IMG/VR virus record: IMGVR_UViG_3300046092_000083
Coordinates: 1 to 38,587 of that record
Origin: a virus
Lineage: Duplodnaviria > Caudoviricetes
Reading direction: 5' to 3' (one strand)
Length of the DNA: 38,587 nucleotides
Of this stretch, positions 14,074-23,943 are shown piece after piece. A program made the position numbers and the translations under genes. A model generated the notes under the pieces. The model did no database searches. It was not told the origin of the DNA and saw nothing but the letters and a program-made list of their open reading frames with translations. The stretch's first letter is position 1. The number at the start of each line of letters is the position of its first letter.

Positions 14074-16884
14074 ATGGCAACGTTTAATATATTTCCATTT
14101 TCCCTAGTGACTGATCCAGTTACTGGACGACAAGTTGAGTTTGGGACTTTATCAAAATCCGCACAACAACAAATTCTTGCAGCCAACGAAGCAGCAGCAC
14201 AACAGCTTGGGTTATATTCTGCGGCATCACAAAATGCAGGCACCGCAGTTAACAGTGTAGCAACTCCAGTCAATGAACCCCTTGTTGCTGATGCAGTGCC
14301 AGCAGATCCGCCAATCACTGATGGTGATCCGTCTAACGAATTAGCAGCTACCCAAAGCGATGATGAGCCAGTTAGTGACGAGGAATCAGACACAATTGAT
14401 TCCTCAGATGATTCGCCTACGGAAGACGACGTTGCAGATTTTAACAACCGACATGCAGCAGATGATGAAGACTCATCTAACGAATCAGCAAGCCCTGAAT
14501 CAAAAACACAGTTGGGAGAGAGCACAACATCAGTTGCAGCATCATCTGACATTGAAAAACCAACCCCTACTAGAAATCCGCTACACTCGTACGCCACATC
14601 TACTTACGGTATTACGCTGTCTGTGTTAAGTAAAGATGCGTATAAAAGTTTAATAAACGGAGAACTTAAAGGCGCATGGCAACCTACGTATAGCTTAATT
14701 AGTAGCGGCGGTGGCGAACATTCTAACCGCAGTAAGTTTTTCCACGACGACTTCTATTTTGAAAATCTTAAAATGACAACCATTATTGGTCCGAGCTCAC
14801 AGTCTCGTAACACTAATGCCATTGACTTGTCGTTTACTATCATTGAGCCCTACGGCATTACACTACTCGACAGAATCATTGACGTTTGCGCCGATCCTAA
14901 AGTTAATGGAAAGAACTACTTACAACAACCGTATCTACTAGAAATCAATTTCTTTGGAGCTGACGACTTAGGTAAACAGCATACTAAAATTCATGAGTTG
15001 CAAAAACGTATTCCTATTAAGTTGCTGGAAATGAAAATTCGAGTAACCGCCAAAGGTACCGAGTATGCAATGAAGGCGATTCCCTTTAACCACGGCGCAT
15101 TACTAGAATCAGTAAACTCCACACCAGCAAACTTTGAAATCAAGGCCACTAAAGTCAGCGACTTTTTCAATGGCATGGATCAAAGTGAAATGGCTAAGCA
15201 AATTCAGCAAAAGAATCAAGCTCGCAGCGATGCAATTCTAGCAGCCGGCATCACTAAAGACGACGATGGCAATGACATACTTCCTCCGGGGCAACGGGTA
15301 GGTCTTGGCGGCGATGAGAAAGCATTGGCCGCAGCAGAGAAAACAATCAACGCACCGTACTCAGTTAAGAGTTACCCAGGCGCATACAATGCTTGGCAAC
15401 AAAGTGCAGTTGATGGTGCGCACGTATCTGTAGCAAATCAAATTAAATTTGAATTTGACCCAGAGCTAGACTCAGAAATTGTTGATCCTACTAAAGTGCC
15501 GTTGTATAGATCTAAGATGACAGTGGCTGACAAAGCGTCGGAGCAAGGAAAAGATGCTAATACCAGCAGTAAGACTCCTACTAACGATTTTGATCCAAAG
15601 ACCATGTCGTTTAATATCAGCTCTGGTACCAGCGTAGTTGATGTTATTAACATGGTTATGCGTAATAGCAAATATATCAAGGACCAAGTAGTTGATCCAT
15701 TGACTGACAAGAATACGCTACCAACTGATACCACAGTTAAGTATTATAAAATTGTACCAAAAGTTGAATTGTTGGATTTTGATGAAAAACGCAATGAGTA
15801 TGCAAAGCTGACTACGTTCTATGTTAAGAAGTACGATTACTACAACAGCAAGAGCCCCAACTTACCGATTGCAAAACCTAAAGGTGCAGTTAAAGAATAC
15901 AACTACATTTATACTGGTAAAAACATTGATATCTTAGAATTCTCTTTGGATTTTGACACTGCATACTATACTACTGTAGTAGTTAACCGTGAAAAGACAG
16001 AAGCAACAAGCGGAGCAGCAAATGCAGACTCTGGTGATGCTAGCAAAGACAATTTAAAGAATCAGCCAACTCATAATGATAGAGTAGCTAAGGCAACTAC
16101 ACAGCCAGTAAGTGCAGATGCACAGGCAACAGCCACTAACGCAGATTCTGCAAAGGCGGTATTGGTTGCTAATGCAACAAAGAGTATTGCAGCATCAAGT
16201 CGTGGTGATATGCTTAACGTTAAACTAAAGATTCTAGGCGATCCGCACTTTATCAAACAAGACGATGTGTATGCAAATCCAGGTCACAGTGATTACGCAG
16301 ACACTAAGACTCTAATCATGCCCGGAACACTAAACATGGATCGTGTGGAAATTTTTTGTAAGATTAATTTTACAACTCCGGTTGACATGGATGACAAAAC
16401 CGGATTGATTAGAAAAGATGCACGATACACAAATGCTGGATTTAGCGGATTCTATAAAATCCTTACAGTAGAGAGCGAGTTCTCTAAGGGACAATTTATA
16501 CAAACGCTTGATTGCATTAGGGTATTTGATCAAGATACTCCAAACGAACAAGAACGTGCTCAATCAAAGGCTGAAAAAGCACGTAGAGACTTTGCACAGA
16601 CAGACCCACGTTTAATCAATCAGCAGACTGATGATGAGGATCCGTTTGAAGCGATGCGCAAACAAAATGAAGAGCAAGAAGACGAGCCAATTGATGTTGA
16701 TGAATTGTTTGACACGCCAGACAAAGAAGCTGGCCAAGATGACGACAACGACAGTGAAGAAACAAGCGCCAGCGATGAAGGTCAATCGATTGCAGATGAT
16801 TTGTTTGGTGCACCAGAGATAGATGTAGACACTCAAATAGCTGAAGATAATTCAAGCCCTGAGCCACAAAACCCGTTTGCATAA
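14074..16884 (+). CDS. Putative baseplate hub protein (gp27-like position) with acidic disordered termini
   Basis: 936 aa between gp53-like and gp5-like genes. NPLHSYATSTY, IIEPYG, LKILGDPHFI, FSGFYKILTVESEFSKGQFIQTL resemble the hub C-terminal barrel. Confidence 0.6.
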   Translation: MATFNIFPFSLVTDPVTGRQVEFGTLSKSAQQQILAANEAAAQQLGLYSAASQNAGTAVNSVATPVNEPLVADAVPADPPITDGDPSNELAATQSDDEPVSDEESDTIDSSDDSPTEDDVADFNNRHAADDEDSSNESASPESKTQLGESTTSVAASSDIEKPTPTRNPLHSYATSTYGITLSVLSKDAYKSLINGELKGAWQPTYSLISSGGGEHSNRSKFFHDDFYFENLKMTTIIGPSSQSRNTNAIDLSFTIIEPYGITLLDRIIDVCADPKVNGKNYLQQPYLLEINFFGADDLGKQHTKIHELQKRIPIKLLEMKIRVTAKGTEYAMKAIPFNHGALLESVNSTPANFEIKATKVSDFFNGMDQSEMAKQIQQKNQARSDAILAAGITKDDDGNDILPPGQRVGLGGDEKALAAAEKTINAPYSVKSYPGAYNAWQQSAVDGAHVSVANQIKFEFDPELDSEIVDPTKVPLYRSKMTVADKASEQGKDANTSSKTPTNDFDPKTMSFNISSGTSVVDVINMVMRNSKYIKDQVVDPLTDKNTLPTDTTVKYYKIVPKVELLDFDEKRNEYAKLTTFYVKKYDYYNSKSPNLPIAKPKGAVKEYNYIYTGKNIDILEFSLDFDTAYYTTVVVNREKTEATSGAANADSGDASKDNLKNQPTHNDRVAKATTQPVSADAQATATNADSAKAVLVANATKSIAASSRGDMLNVKLKILGDPHFIKQDDVYANPGHSDYADTKTLIMPGTLNMDRVEIFCKINFTTPVDMDDKTGLIRKDARYTNAGFSGFYKILTVESEFSKGQFIQTLDCIRVFDQDTPNEQERAQSKAEKARRDFAQTDPRLINQQTDDEDPFEAMRKQNEEQEDEPIDVDELFDTPDKEAGQDDDNDSEETSASDEGQSIADDLFGAPEIDVDTQIAEDNSSPEPQNPFA

Positions 16885-16896
16885 CAGAGAATATAT

Positions 16897-19800
16897 ATGA
16901 GTTCAGATAAACGATTAGTTAATAGATTACCGGAGCGGGTACGCCGCGAGGATACTCCTGGGGTACGAATTGACTCGGGTCCCTTCATTGGTATTATTAG
17001 AAACAATAACGATCCTACTAGGGCAGGGCGATTGCAAGTATGGATTCCTGACTTAGGTGGTAAAAGTGATGACCCGTCTAGCTGGCGCACAGTAAGTTAC
17101 GCTAGTCCATTCTATGGCACCACTTTCCAGCCAGACAATGTGCAGAATAACAAGTTCTCGGATGTGTCGCACAGCTACGGTATGTGGGCAGTAGTGCCTG
17201 ACATTGGTAACCAAGTAATCTGTACATTCATTGCAGGTGACCCTAACAGAGGTTTCTGGTTTGCATGTATTAACCCTAATTTAAGTCATCATATGGTTCC
17301 AGCAATGGGAACCGGTGGGTCAGTTGATAACAACTTAACAACCGCAGGACTAAAAGAAAAGTACGACCCAAATACCAGCATTTGGCCGGTGGCAGAATTT
17401 AACGAAAACTCAACAGGTGCGATTAAGCCAGGATGGACTAATAACCCCAAGCCCGTGCATGAGTTCCAGGCAAACATTTTAATCCAGCAGGGACTAGACA
17501 GAGATGGGCTGCGAGGTGCTATTGGGTCTAGTAGCCAGAGAGAAAGCCCGAGTACAGTGTTTGGTATTAGTACTCCCGGGCGGCCTCTTAATGATCCAAT
17601 GGACAATCCGCAGTATCAGGCTAAATTAAAAGCTGGTACGCTAACAGAAGCAGATACTGCGATTACAGGTCGTAAAGGTGGCCACACCTTTGTCATGGAC
17701 GACGGATCGTCTACTGGTGCTGACCAGTTAATGCGTTTACGAACAGCAGGTGGGCATCAGTTGCTAATGAATGACAGCGACCGTGTTGTATATCTGGCTA
17801 ACAGCGATGGCAGTGTGTGGCTTGAGTTTACAGGCGGCGGCCATATCAACGTATTCAGTGCCGCAGGCATCAACATGCGCACCGACGGTGAGTTTAACCT
17901 TCACGCAGGAAAAGACATTAATATGCACAGCGGCGGTTCTATTAAAATGAAAGCAGATGTGTCAATTAATAGTCAAGCAAAAGATTACACAATTAAAGCT
18001 GGCAACAGTGTGGGCATACAGTCTGGTAAAGTTGGAGTATTGGCAGACGGTGCATTGAGTTTGCAGTCTGCCAATGGCGGTTGGTTAAGCGACGGTAAGC
18101 TAGCACTACAAGGCAGCAAAGTATTACTTAACACCGAAGCTCCGGCAGCAGTTACCCCAGTAGCTGACATTAAAACAAACAAACAAACAGATACTGGATG
18201 GGACGACAAAAAGGGAATCTGGACAAATCAAGCGGATGTGTTTGAGAGTATCGCTACAATTACTCCGTCTCATGAACCATGGCCTCGTGGGCCAGGTAAA
18301 GGTGCAACAAAGAAAGCAGTTAGCCAGTTTGCCGCGGCACCACAGCCAGTTAAACCTACTAGCGTGTGTGCTCCTCCGGGACAAACATTGCCACCTAACA
18401 TCAATAACATTACCCCAAGTGGGGGAAGCAATGAGGCATTGCTTGAGTCTACATTAACTGGATATGGACTTACTGATAGAATACAAATTGCAGCGATTAT
18501 GGCACAGTGTGCCCACGAGTCTGGCAACTTCCAATTCTTAACTGAGCTCGGGGCAGACAGTTACTTCCAAAAATACGAAGGACGTAGAGACTTAGGAAAC
18601 ACACAGCCCGGCGATGGACTAAAATACAAAGGACGTGGCTTTATTCAGATCACAGGCCGCGACTTGTATACGCAGGCTGGCGCTTACTTAGGGATTGATT
18701 TAGTTAACCAACCGCAGTTAGCAGCAGACCCAGCAACCGCAGCAAAACTAGTGCTATTCTTCTTCTTCCAGTTTAAGAAAAGCAGAACCGCAGGAGTTGA
18801 CTGGAGTGACGTAACAGCAGTGACACGTATTGTTAACGGCGGTACAAACGGACTACCTGACCGAGTGGCTAAATTCTCTGCGTACCAACAAAAATACACT
18901 AACGGAATTGTTACAACTGGATCCGGCGGCGTATTAACTGATGGCAGCGGAAACCCAGTAACAACAGGGTCAACTAAATTAGATCCGGGCCCAGATATTG
19001 CAAAAAGCAAGCCGGTGGTAAGCCCTGCCCCAGGTGAGACAATGAAGAAACAGGATGCTCCTAATCCAGGTGCAATTACCTCAACTGAGTCTAAGATCCC
19101 GGGACTAATTCCTACGCAAATGAAAGCATTGATGATCGAAATTGGATTCGCAGAATCCAATTCAGACTATGCTGCACAAGATACAGACCTAAGCAGAATT
19201 GGTCGCTATGCTTTCAACGCTAATCTATTGCGTGACAACGGGTATATCAAATCTGACTATGTTAAGAAGTACAAAGGCGCAGCCATATTCCAAGCTGGTG
19301 CGTGGACCGGTAAAGATGGTATCAGCGATGCAGCAGGATTTGCTAGTGCAAAAGGAACACAGGATACCCTAATGGAGAAAATCCTTAACGATTACTATAC
19401 ATCATTGGTGAGCAATCGTGGTATCCAAATCGAAGACGATGTGTGTACTGTTGCAGGTATGATGAGTGTTGCGTACTTCCTGAGAGACAGCGAGCGCGGG
19501 TTCTTCAGTGGTAATCCGCCAGACCAAGCTAAGTTTTGGAGAGAACAAGGTAACAACATTACCAATGAGCAGAAACAAACTCCGGACACTGCATACAATC
19601 AAGGTCGCTATGCAATTGACGTATTAAGTATATCAACGGCGGGTGCAAGCAGCGGAACAGTTGGAACAGTAACACCGTCTACAACAGGCATTGACCCCAA
19701 CGAGGTGTTTACGTTTACAAACCGTAGTGGCGATGCAGCTCACTTTGATGTGGCCACAGTTGATTTCAAAGATCGATTGTTACAGGCAGCACGTGATTAC

Positions 19801-20163
19801 AAAGCCGCTACAGGCAAGAAAGTTACTATTAGTAGCACTGTGCGAACACAAGAAGAACAAACGTCAATCTACGACGGGTGGATCGCAGCAGGCGGCCAGT
19901 TGCCGGGGAATCCAACAGTTAACGTTACCCCGTACGGCAATATCAGTCGCCCGGTTAAAACAGTTGGCAATCATGGACTGGGTATTGCAGCAGACATTGG
20001 CGTAGCAGATGCAATTGCAATGGAAAGCATGGGCATATTGGCCAAGTACGGCTTGTATAGATTTGACCCTGCAGGCGATCCGCCTCACATTCAGCTAAAG
20101 CCCGAGCTACGACCAGCTAATTTAGCAACTATCCAGAGCTTACCTGGTAATAGCACAGCATAA
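16897..20163 (+). CDS. gp5: Baseplate central spike / tail lysin, gp5-like, with GH19, a second lysozyme-like domain and a peptidase M15-like domain
   Basis: OB-fold DPTRAGRLQVWIP...PDIGNQVICTF; beta-helix GHTFVMDD/RLRTAGGHQLLMND; GH19 AQCAHESGNF...KGRGFIQITGR...IVNGGTNG; M15-like RTQEEQ...NHGLGIAADI...DPPH. Confidence 0.82.
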   Translation: MSSDKRLVNRLPERVRREDTPGVRIDSGPFIGIIRNNNDPTRAGRLQVWIPDLGGKSDDPSSWRTVSYASPFYGTTFQPDNVQNNKFSDVSHSYGMWAVVPDIGNQVICTFIAGDPNRGFWFACINPNLSHHMVPAMGTGGSVDNNLTTAGLKEKYDPNTSIWPVAEFNENSTGAIKPGWTNNPKPVHEFQANILIQQGLDRDGLRGAIGSSSQRESPSTVFGISTPGRPLNDPMDNPQYQAKLKAGTLTEADTAITGRKGGHTFVMDDGSSTGADQLMRLRTAGGHQLLMNDSDRVVYLANSDGSVWLEFTGGGHINVFSAAGINMRTDGEFNLHAGKDINMHSGGSIKMKADVSINSQAKDYTIKAGNSVGIQSGKVGVLADGALSLQSANGGWLSDGKLALQGSKVLLNTEAPAAVTPVADIKTNKQTDTGWDDKKGIWTNQADVFESIATITPSHEPWPRGPGKGATKKAVSQFAAAPQPVKPTSVCAPPGQTLPPNINNITPSGGSNEALLESTLTGYGLTDRIQIAAIMAQCAHESGNFQFLTELGADSYFQKYEGRRDLGNTQPGDGLKYKGRGFIQITGRDLYTQAGAYLGIDLVNQPQLAADPATAAKLVLFFFFQFKKSRTAGVDWSDVTAVTRIVNGGTNGLPDRVAKFSAYQQKYTNGIVTTGSGGVLTDGSGNPVTTGSTKLDPGPDIAKSKPVVSPAPGETMKKQDAPNPGAITSTESKIPGLIPTQMKALMIEIGFAESNSDYAAQDTDLSRIGRYAFNANLLRDNGYIKSDYVKKYKGAAIFQAGAWTGKDGISDAAGFASAKGTQDTLMEKILNDYYTSLVSNRGIQIEDDVCTVAGMMSVAYFLRDSERGFFSGNPPDQAKFWREQGNNITNEQKQTPDTAYNQGRYAIDVLSISTAGASSGTVGTVTPSTTGIDPNEVFTFTNRSGDAAHFDVATVDFKDRLLQAARDYKAATGKKVTISSTVRTQEEQTSIYDGWIAAGGQLPGNPTVNVTPYGNISRPVKTVGNHGLGIAADIGVADAIAMESMGILAKYGLYRFDPAGDPPHIQLKPELRPANLATIQSLPGNSTA

Positions 20164-20166
20164 ATA
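20161..20166 (+). promoter_or_regulatory. Late promoter core TAAATA overlapping the gp5 stop codon
   Basis: GCATAAATATTACTATGG; ATG of gp25 is 5 nt downstream. Confidence 0.5.
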
Positions 20167-20171
20167 TTACT

Positions 20172-20546
20172 ATGGTAACTTATCGTGGATTTAATACAAT
20201 TAACCAAGTCAAGAAGTTTAGATTAACAGATCTTGACTTGGTTAAACGCAACCTCTTGAATCATTTTATGATTCGCAAAGGGGAGAAGTTAATGCAGCCA
20301 AATTTTGGTAGCATTATCTGGAACATGTTGTTTGAACCATTGACTGAAGAAACTAAAAAAGTTATTCTAGACGATGTAACAACAATCGTGGGCTACGACC
20401 CTCGTATCGCGGTAGACGAAGTTATCATTCAAGAGCTGGGCAATGGACTACAGTTGCAGATCGCGCTAACTTATAAGCCAGCAAACACAACAACAAGTAT
20501 GACGTTAGCGTTTGACAAAAATAGTCAAACACTGACTATGTCTTAA
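20172..20546 (+). CDS. gp25: Baseplate wedge / sheath initiator, T4 gp25-like
   Basis: VKRNLLNHFMIRKGEKLMQPNFGSIIWNMLFEP...YDPRI (GPW/gp25 family motif). Confidence 0.9.
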   Translation: MVTYRGFNTINQVKKFRLTDLDLVKRNLLNHFMIRKGEKLMQPNFGSIIWNMLFEPLTEETKKVILDDVTTIVGYDPRIAVDEVIIQELGNGLQLQIALTYKPANTTTSMTLAFDKNSQTLTMS

Positions 20547-20568
20547 TAGTACCACTTTTTACACGCCA

Positions 20569-20574
20569 TAAATA
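20569..20574 (+). promoter_or_regulatory. Late promoter core TAAATA upstream of gp6
   Basis: CATAAATAC followed by AAGGT SD and ATG 20592. Confidence 0.6.
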
Positions 20575-20591
20575 CTGAATAAGGTATAGAT

Positions 20592-23500
20592 ATGGCTACT
20601 ACTACACGTCAAACGAGTTTACTTGTCCAACAGGATTGGACAAAATTGTATCAAACTTTCCGCAATGCGGACTTCCAAAGTTATGATTACGAAACGCTAC
20701 GCAAGTCAATGATTGACTATTTGCGTACTTATTATCCTGAAGATTTCAATGACTTCACTGAATCCAGTGAATACATCGCACTAATTGACTTAATTGCTTT
20801 CTTGGGTCAGAGTCTTGCGTTCCGTACAGATTTAAACGCACGTGAAAACTTCCTAGATACAGCAGAACGCCGAGACAGCGTATTAAAGCTAGCCAAGCTA
20901 ATTAGCTACAATCCTAAGCGAAACTTGCCGTCTACTGGCTACTTAAAAATTAACAGCGTAAGTACAACCGAAACAATCACAGACAGTAACGGTCTAAACC
21001 TAGCTAACTTACTAATTAGCTGGAATGATGCTGCAAACGAAAACTGGTTAGAGCAATTTACTTCTATTATTAACGCATCGTTGCTGAGCAGCCAAGTGGT
21101 GGGTAAGCCTGGTGCAAGTAACATAATCAATGGCGTATTAACAGACGAATACGGAATCAGCATTGTGCCGGGCGTATTGCCGGTTTACAAGTTTACATCT
21201 TCTATTGAGGGTGTGAATATGCCATTTGAAGCAGTCAGTGCAACTAGCTATAACCAAAGTTACATCTACGAAAAAGATCCAAAGCCAACTGGTGTGTTTA
21301 ACATTTTGTCTCGTAACGATAATCAAGGCAACGGTTCAAACAACACTGGATTTTTTGTTTATTTTAAACAGGGCGAATTAAAGACATTAGACTTTTCGTT
21401 AACTGACAGTTTACCCAATCGTGTAGCCAACATTAACTTTGACAACATCAATGACATTGACGTTTGGCTATACCAATTAACATCCTCAAACATTCCTGGT
21501 GCCAAGTGGACACAAATCCCTGCTATTGGCGGCTTGAACGTAGTATACAATCAAGAAAGTCAGCGTAACTTATTCCAAGTAGCGACTCGTGCAAACGATC
21601 AAATTGACTTGGTATTTGGCGACGGAGCTTTTGCAAACGTACCGCAAGGTAATTTCCGTTTGTACTACCGTCAAAGCAACGGCTTAAACTACAAGATTAC
21701 TCCCGACGAGATGCAGGCGGTGTCGTTTAGCATCAGTTACGTTAGTCGTACCAACCGTATCGAAACTCTAACCATTTCTGCTAGCTTGAACTACACAGTT
21801 ACAAACAGCAGTGCAAAAGAGTCTATTAACGATATCCGTACAAAGGCACCTCAACAGTACTATACTCAAAACCGTATGGTAACTGGCGAAGACTATAACA
21901 CATTACCGTTTACTAGCTTCAACAACGTGTTGAAGGTTAAGGCTGTTAACCGCTCTAGCTCGGGCATTAGCCGATATCTTGACGTTGTTGACAGTAGCGG
22001 AAAATATTCTAGCACTAACATCTTTGCCCAAGACGGTATGGTGTACAAGAACTATCAGAATACTACTACATCGTTCACATACTCAACAATTAACGATATT
22101 AACAAGACTATCTTTAACATTGCAAAGCCAATGATTGCAACCAAAGAGTCTGTGCATTTGTATTACAATACCGCAGCAACGTTTGTTCCATCTACTACTG
22201 CAAATTGGAATAAAGTGTCTATTGCAAATGGCACAACCACTGGTTACTTTAACGCAGGTACTAATATTGGTATTGGTGCAACTGGCAACTATCAATACAT
22301 CACAATGGGCGCACTGATTAAATTTGTGCCTCCTACTGGATATTACTTTGATAAGAACAATCAGTTGCAAGCTGGTACCCCTACGCTAAACACTGATAAG
22401 ACGTACATTTATGCGTCGGTTGATTCTACTTCGTCGCCAACATTGGTAGTGAGCCAGATTGTGCCAACTGATGCAGTAGTCGAATCGATCATTCCGGTCT
22501 TTAAGAATGATTGGACAACATCACTGATATCAAATATCGCAAGTCAGATTCAAGCTAACAAAAACTTTGGCGTAAGCTACTCTGTTTTAACACCTGGTGC
22601 TCAACCAACATGGAATATTATTCCTAATACTAACTTGAGCCTAGGCGACTACGATTTAGCTTCTGCGGGAACAGCAGCAGACACTAGCTGGTACTTGGCA
22701 TTCACATATAACAACGGACAGTATACTATTACTCAGCGTAATTTATATTACTATATTGAGAGCGTACTGGAAACTCGTTTCTACTTTGATCCTAAAGTTA
22801 AAACTTATGATAGTAACACTGGCTTAATTCTTAAAGATCACATTAAGATCCTAAGAACAAATAGTATGCCCGATTCGTCTGCACCTCTTGCAGTCGATCA
22901 AAATTGGTATGTGTACAACAGCATCGTGCAAGCCGATGGATACCAGGATACTAAGAAAGTGTTAATCACTTTCCCAGACACAAACAACGATGGCATCCCC
23001 GATGATCCTACATTATTTGAAACATTGGTGGCACCATCTGTTAACACATTTAACAAATACGTATACTTTAAACAAGTGGTAAGTTACAGTAGCTTCATTG
23101 ATTATGTTGTAGTTGATGCAGGAACCATTGTGGCTACTTACGGAACCAAAACAGCGATATCACTAAATGCAAGTCTATACAATGAGACTCAAATCTTTTA
23201 CGCATTCAGTGAAAACAAATTCTATGTGCTAACAAACGGAAACTTAATTGAAAGCACTCAATATATTGCCCGTATTGGTCGCCAGGATCTTTACTTCCAG
23301 TATCGTCACAACAGTCCTAACAACCGTCGCATTGACCCAAGTCCTAACAACATTATGGATTTGTATTTGCTAACAAAGACTTACAACACATTGTACACTG
23401 CATGGATCCGTGACAGCAGCAATAAAATCACGCAACCAGTTGCCCCAACGACTGAAGAATTGCGAGTTGATTTTAGTACTCTGGAAAACTTAAAAGCAAT

Positions 23501-23924
23501 GAGTGACACTATCATTTATAACTCTGCTAAGTTTAAACCAATCTTTGGCGCAAAAGCTCCGCTAGCGTTGCAAGCAACCTTTAAGATTGTTAAAAACCCT
23601 AACATCACAGTTAGTGACAATGATATTAAGAGCCAAGTTATTTCGGCTATTAACGCATACTTTGACATCACTAACTGGGACTTTGGCGAAACGTTCTACT
23701 TCTCGGAGTTGAGCGCATATTTGCATAACAAACTAACGCCTAACGTGAGCAGTATTATTATTGTTCCTAGTTCGGGACAAGGCCAATTTGGTGGATTGTA
23801 TCAAATCAATGCCGAACCAAATGAAATCATTACTAGTGCAGCTACAGTTGATAACGTACAAATTATCAGCGCAATTACCGCATCACAATTGAACCAGACT
23901 GCATCTGGGTTAAATATTGTATAA
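20592..23924 (+). CDS. gp6: Baseplate wedge protein, T4 gp6-like (enlarged, 1110 aa)
   Basis: DFQSYDYETLRKSMIDYLR...FLDTAERRDSVLKLAKLISYNPKR; FGDG; ESINDIRTKAPQQYYTQNRMVTGEDY; follows gp25. Confidence 0.85.
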   Translation: MATTTRQTSLLVQQDWTKLYQTFRNADFQSYDYETLRKSMIDYLRTYYPEDFNDFTESSEYIALIDLIAFLGQSLAFRTDLNARENFLDTAERRDSVLKLAKLISYNPKRNLPSTGYLKINSVSTTETITDSNGLNLANLLISWNDAANENWLEQFTSIINASLLSSQVVGKPGASNIINGVLTDEYGISIVPGVLPVYKFTSSIEGVNMPFEAVSATSYNQSYIYEKDPKPTGVFNILSRNDNQGNGSNNTGFFVYFKQGELKTLDFSLTDSLPNRVANINFDNINDIDVWLYQLTSSNIPGAKWTQIPAIGGLNVVYNQESQRNLFQVATRANDQIDLVFGDGAFANVPQGNFRLYYRQSNGLNYKITPDEMQAVSFSISYVSRTNRIETLTISASLNYTVTNSSAKESINDIRTKAPQQYYTQNRMVTGEDYNTLPFTSFNNVLKVKAVNRSSSGISRYLDVVDSSGKYSSTNIFAQDGMVYKNYQNTTTSFTYSTINDINKTIFNIAKPMIATKESVHLYYNTAATFVPSTTANWNKVSIANGTTTGYFNAGTNIGIGATGNYQYITMGALIKFVPPTGYYFDKNNQLQAGTPTLNTDKTYIYASVDSTSSPTLVVSQIVPTDAVVESIIPVFKNDWTTSLISNIASQIQANKNFGVSYSVLTPGAQPTWNIIPNTNLSLGDYDLASAGTAADTSWYLAFTYNNGQYTITQRNLYYYIESVLETRFYFDPKVKTYDSNTGLILKDHIKILRTNSMPDSSAPLAVDQNWYVYNSIVQADGYQDTKKVLITFPDTNNDGIPDDPTLFETLVAPSVNTFNKYVYFKQVVSYSSFIDYVVVDAGTIVATYGTKTAISLNASLYNETQIFYAFSENKFYVLTNGNLIESTQYIARIGRQDLYFQYRHNSPNNRRIDPSPNNIMDLYLLTKTYNTLYTAWIRDSSNKITQPVAPTTEELRVDFSTLENLKAMSDTIIYNSAKFKPIFGAKAPLALQATFKIVKNPNITVSDNDIKSQVISAINAYFDITNWDFGETFYFSELSAYLHNKLTPNVSSIIIVPSSGQGQFGGLYQINAEPNEIITSAATVDNVQIISAITASQLNQTASGLNIV

Positions 23925-23943
23925 GACATAAACTGAGATAATA

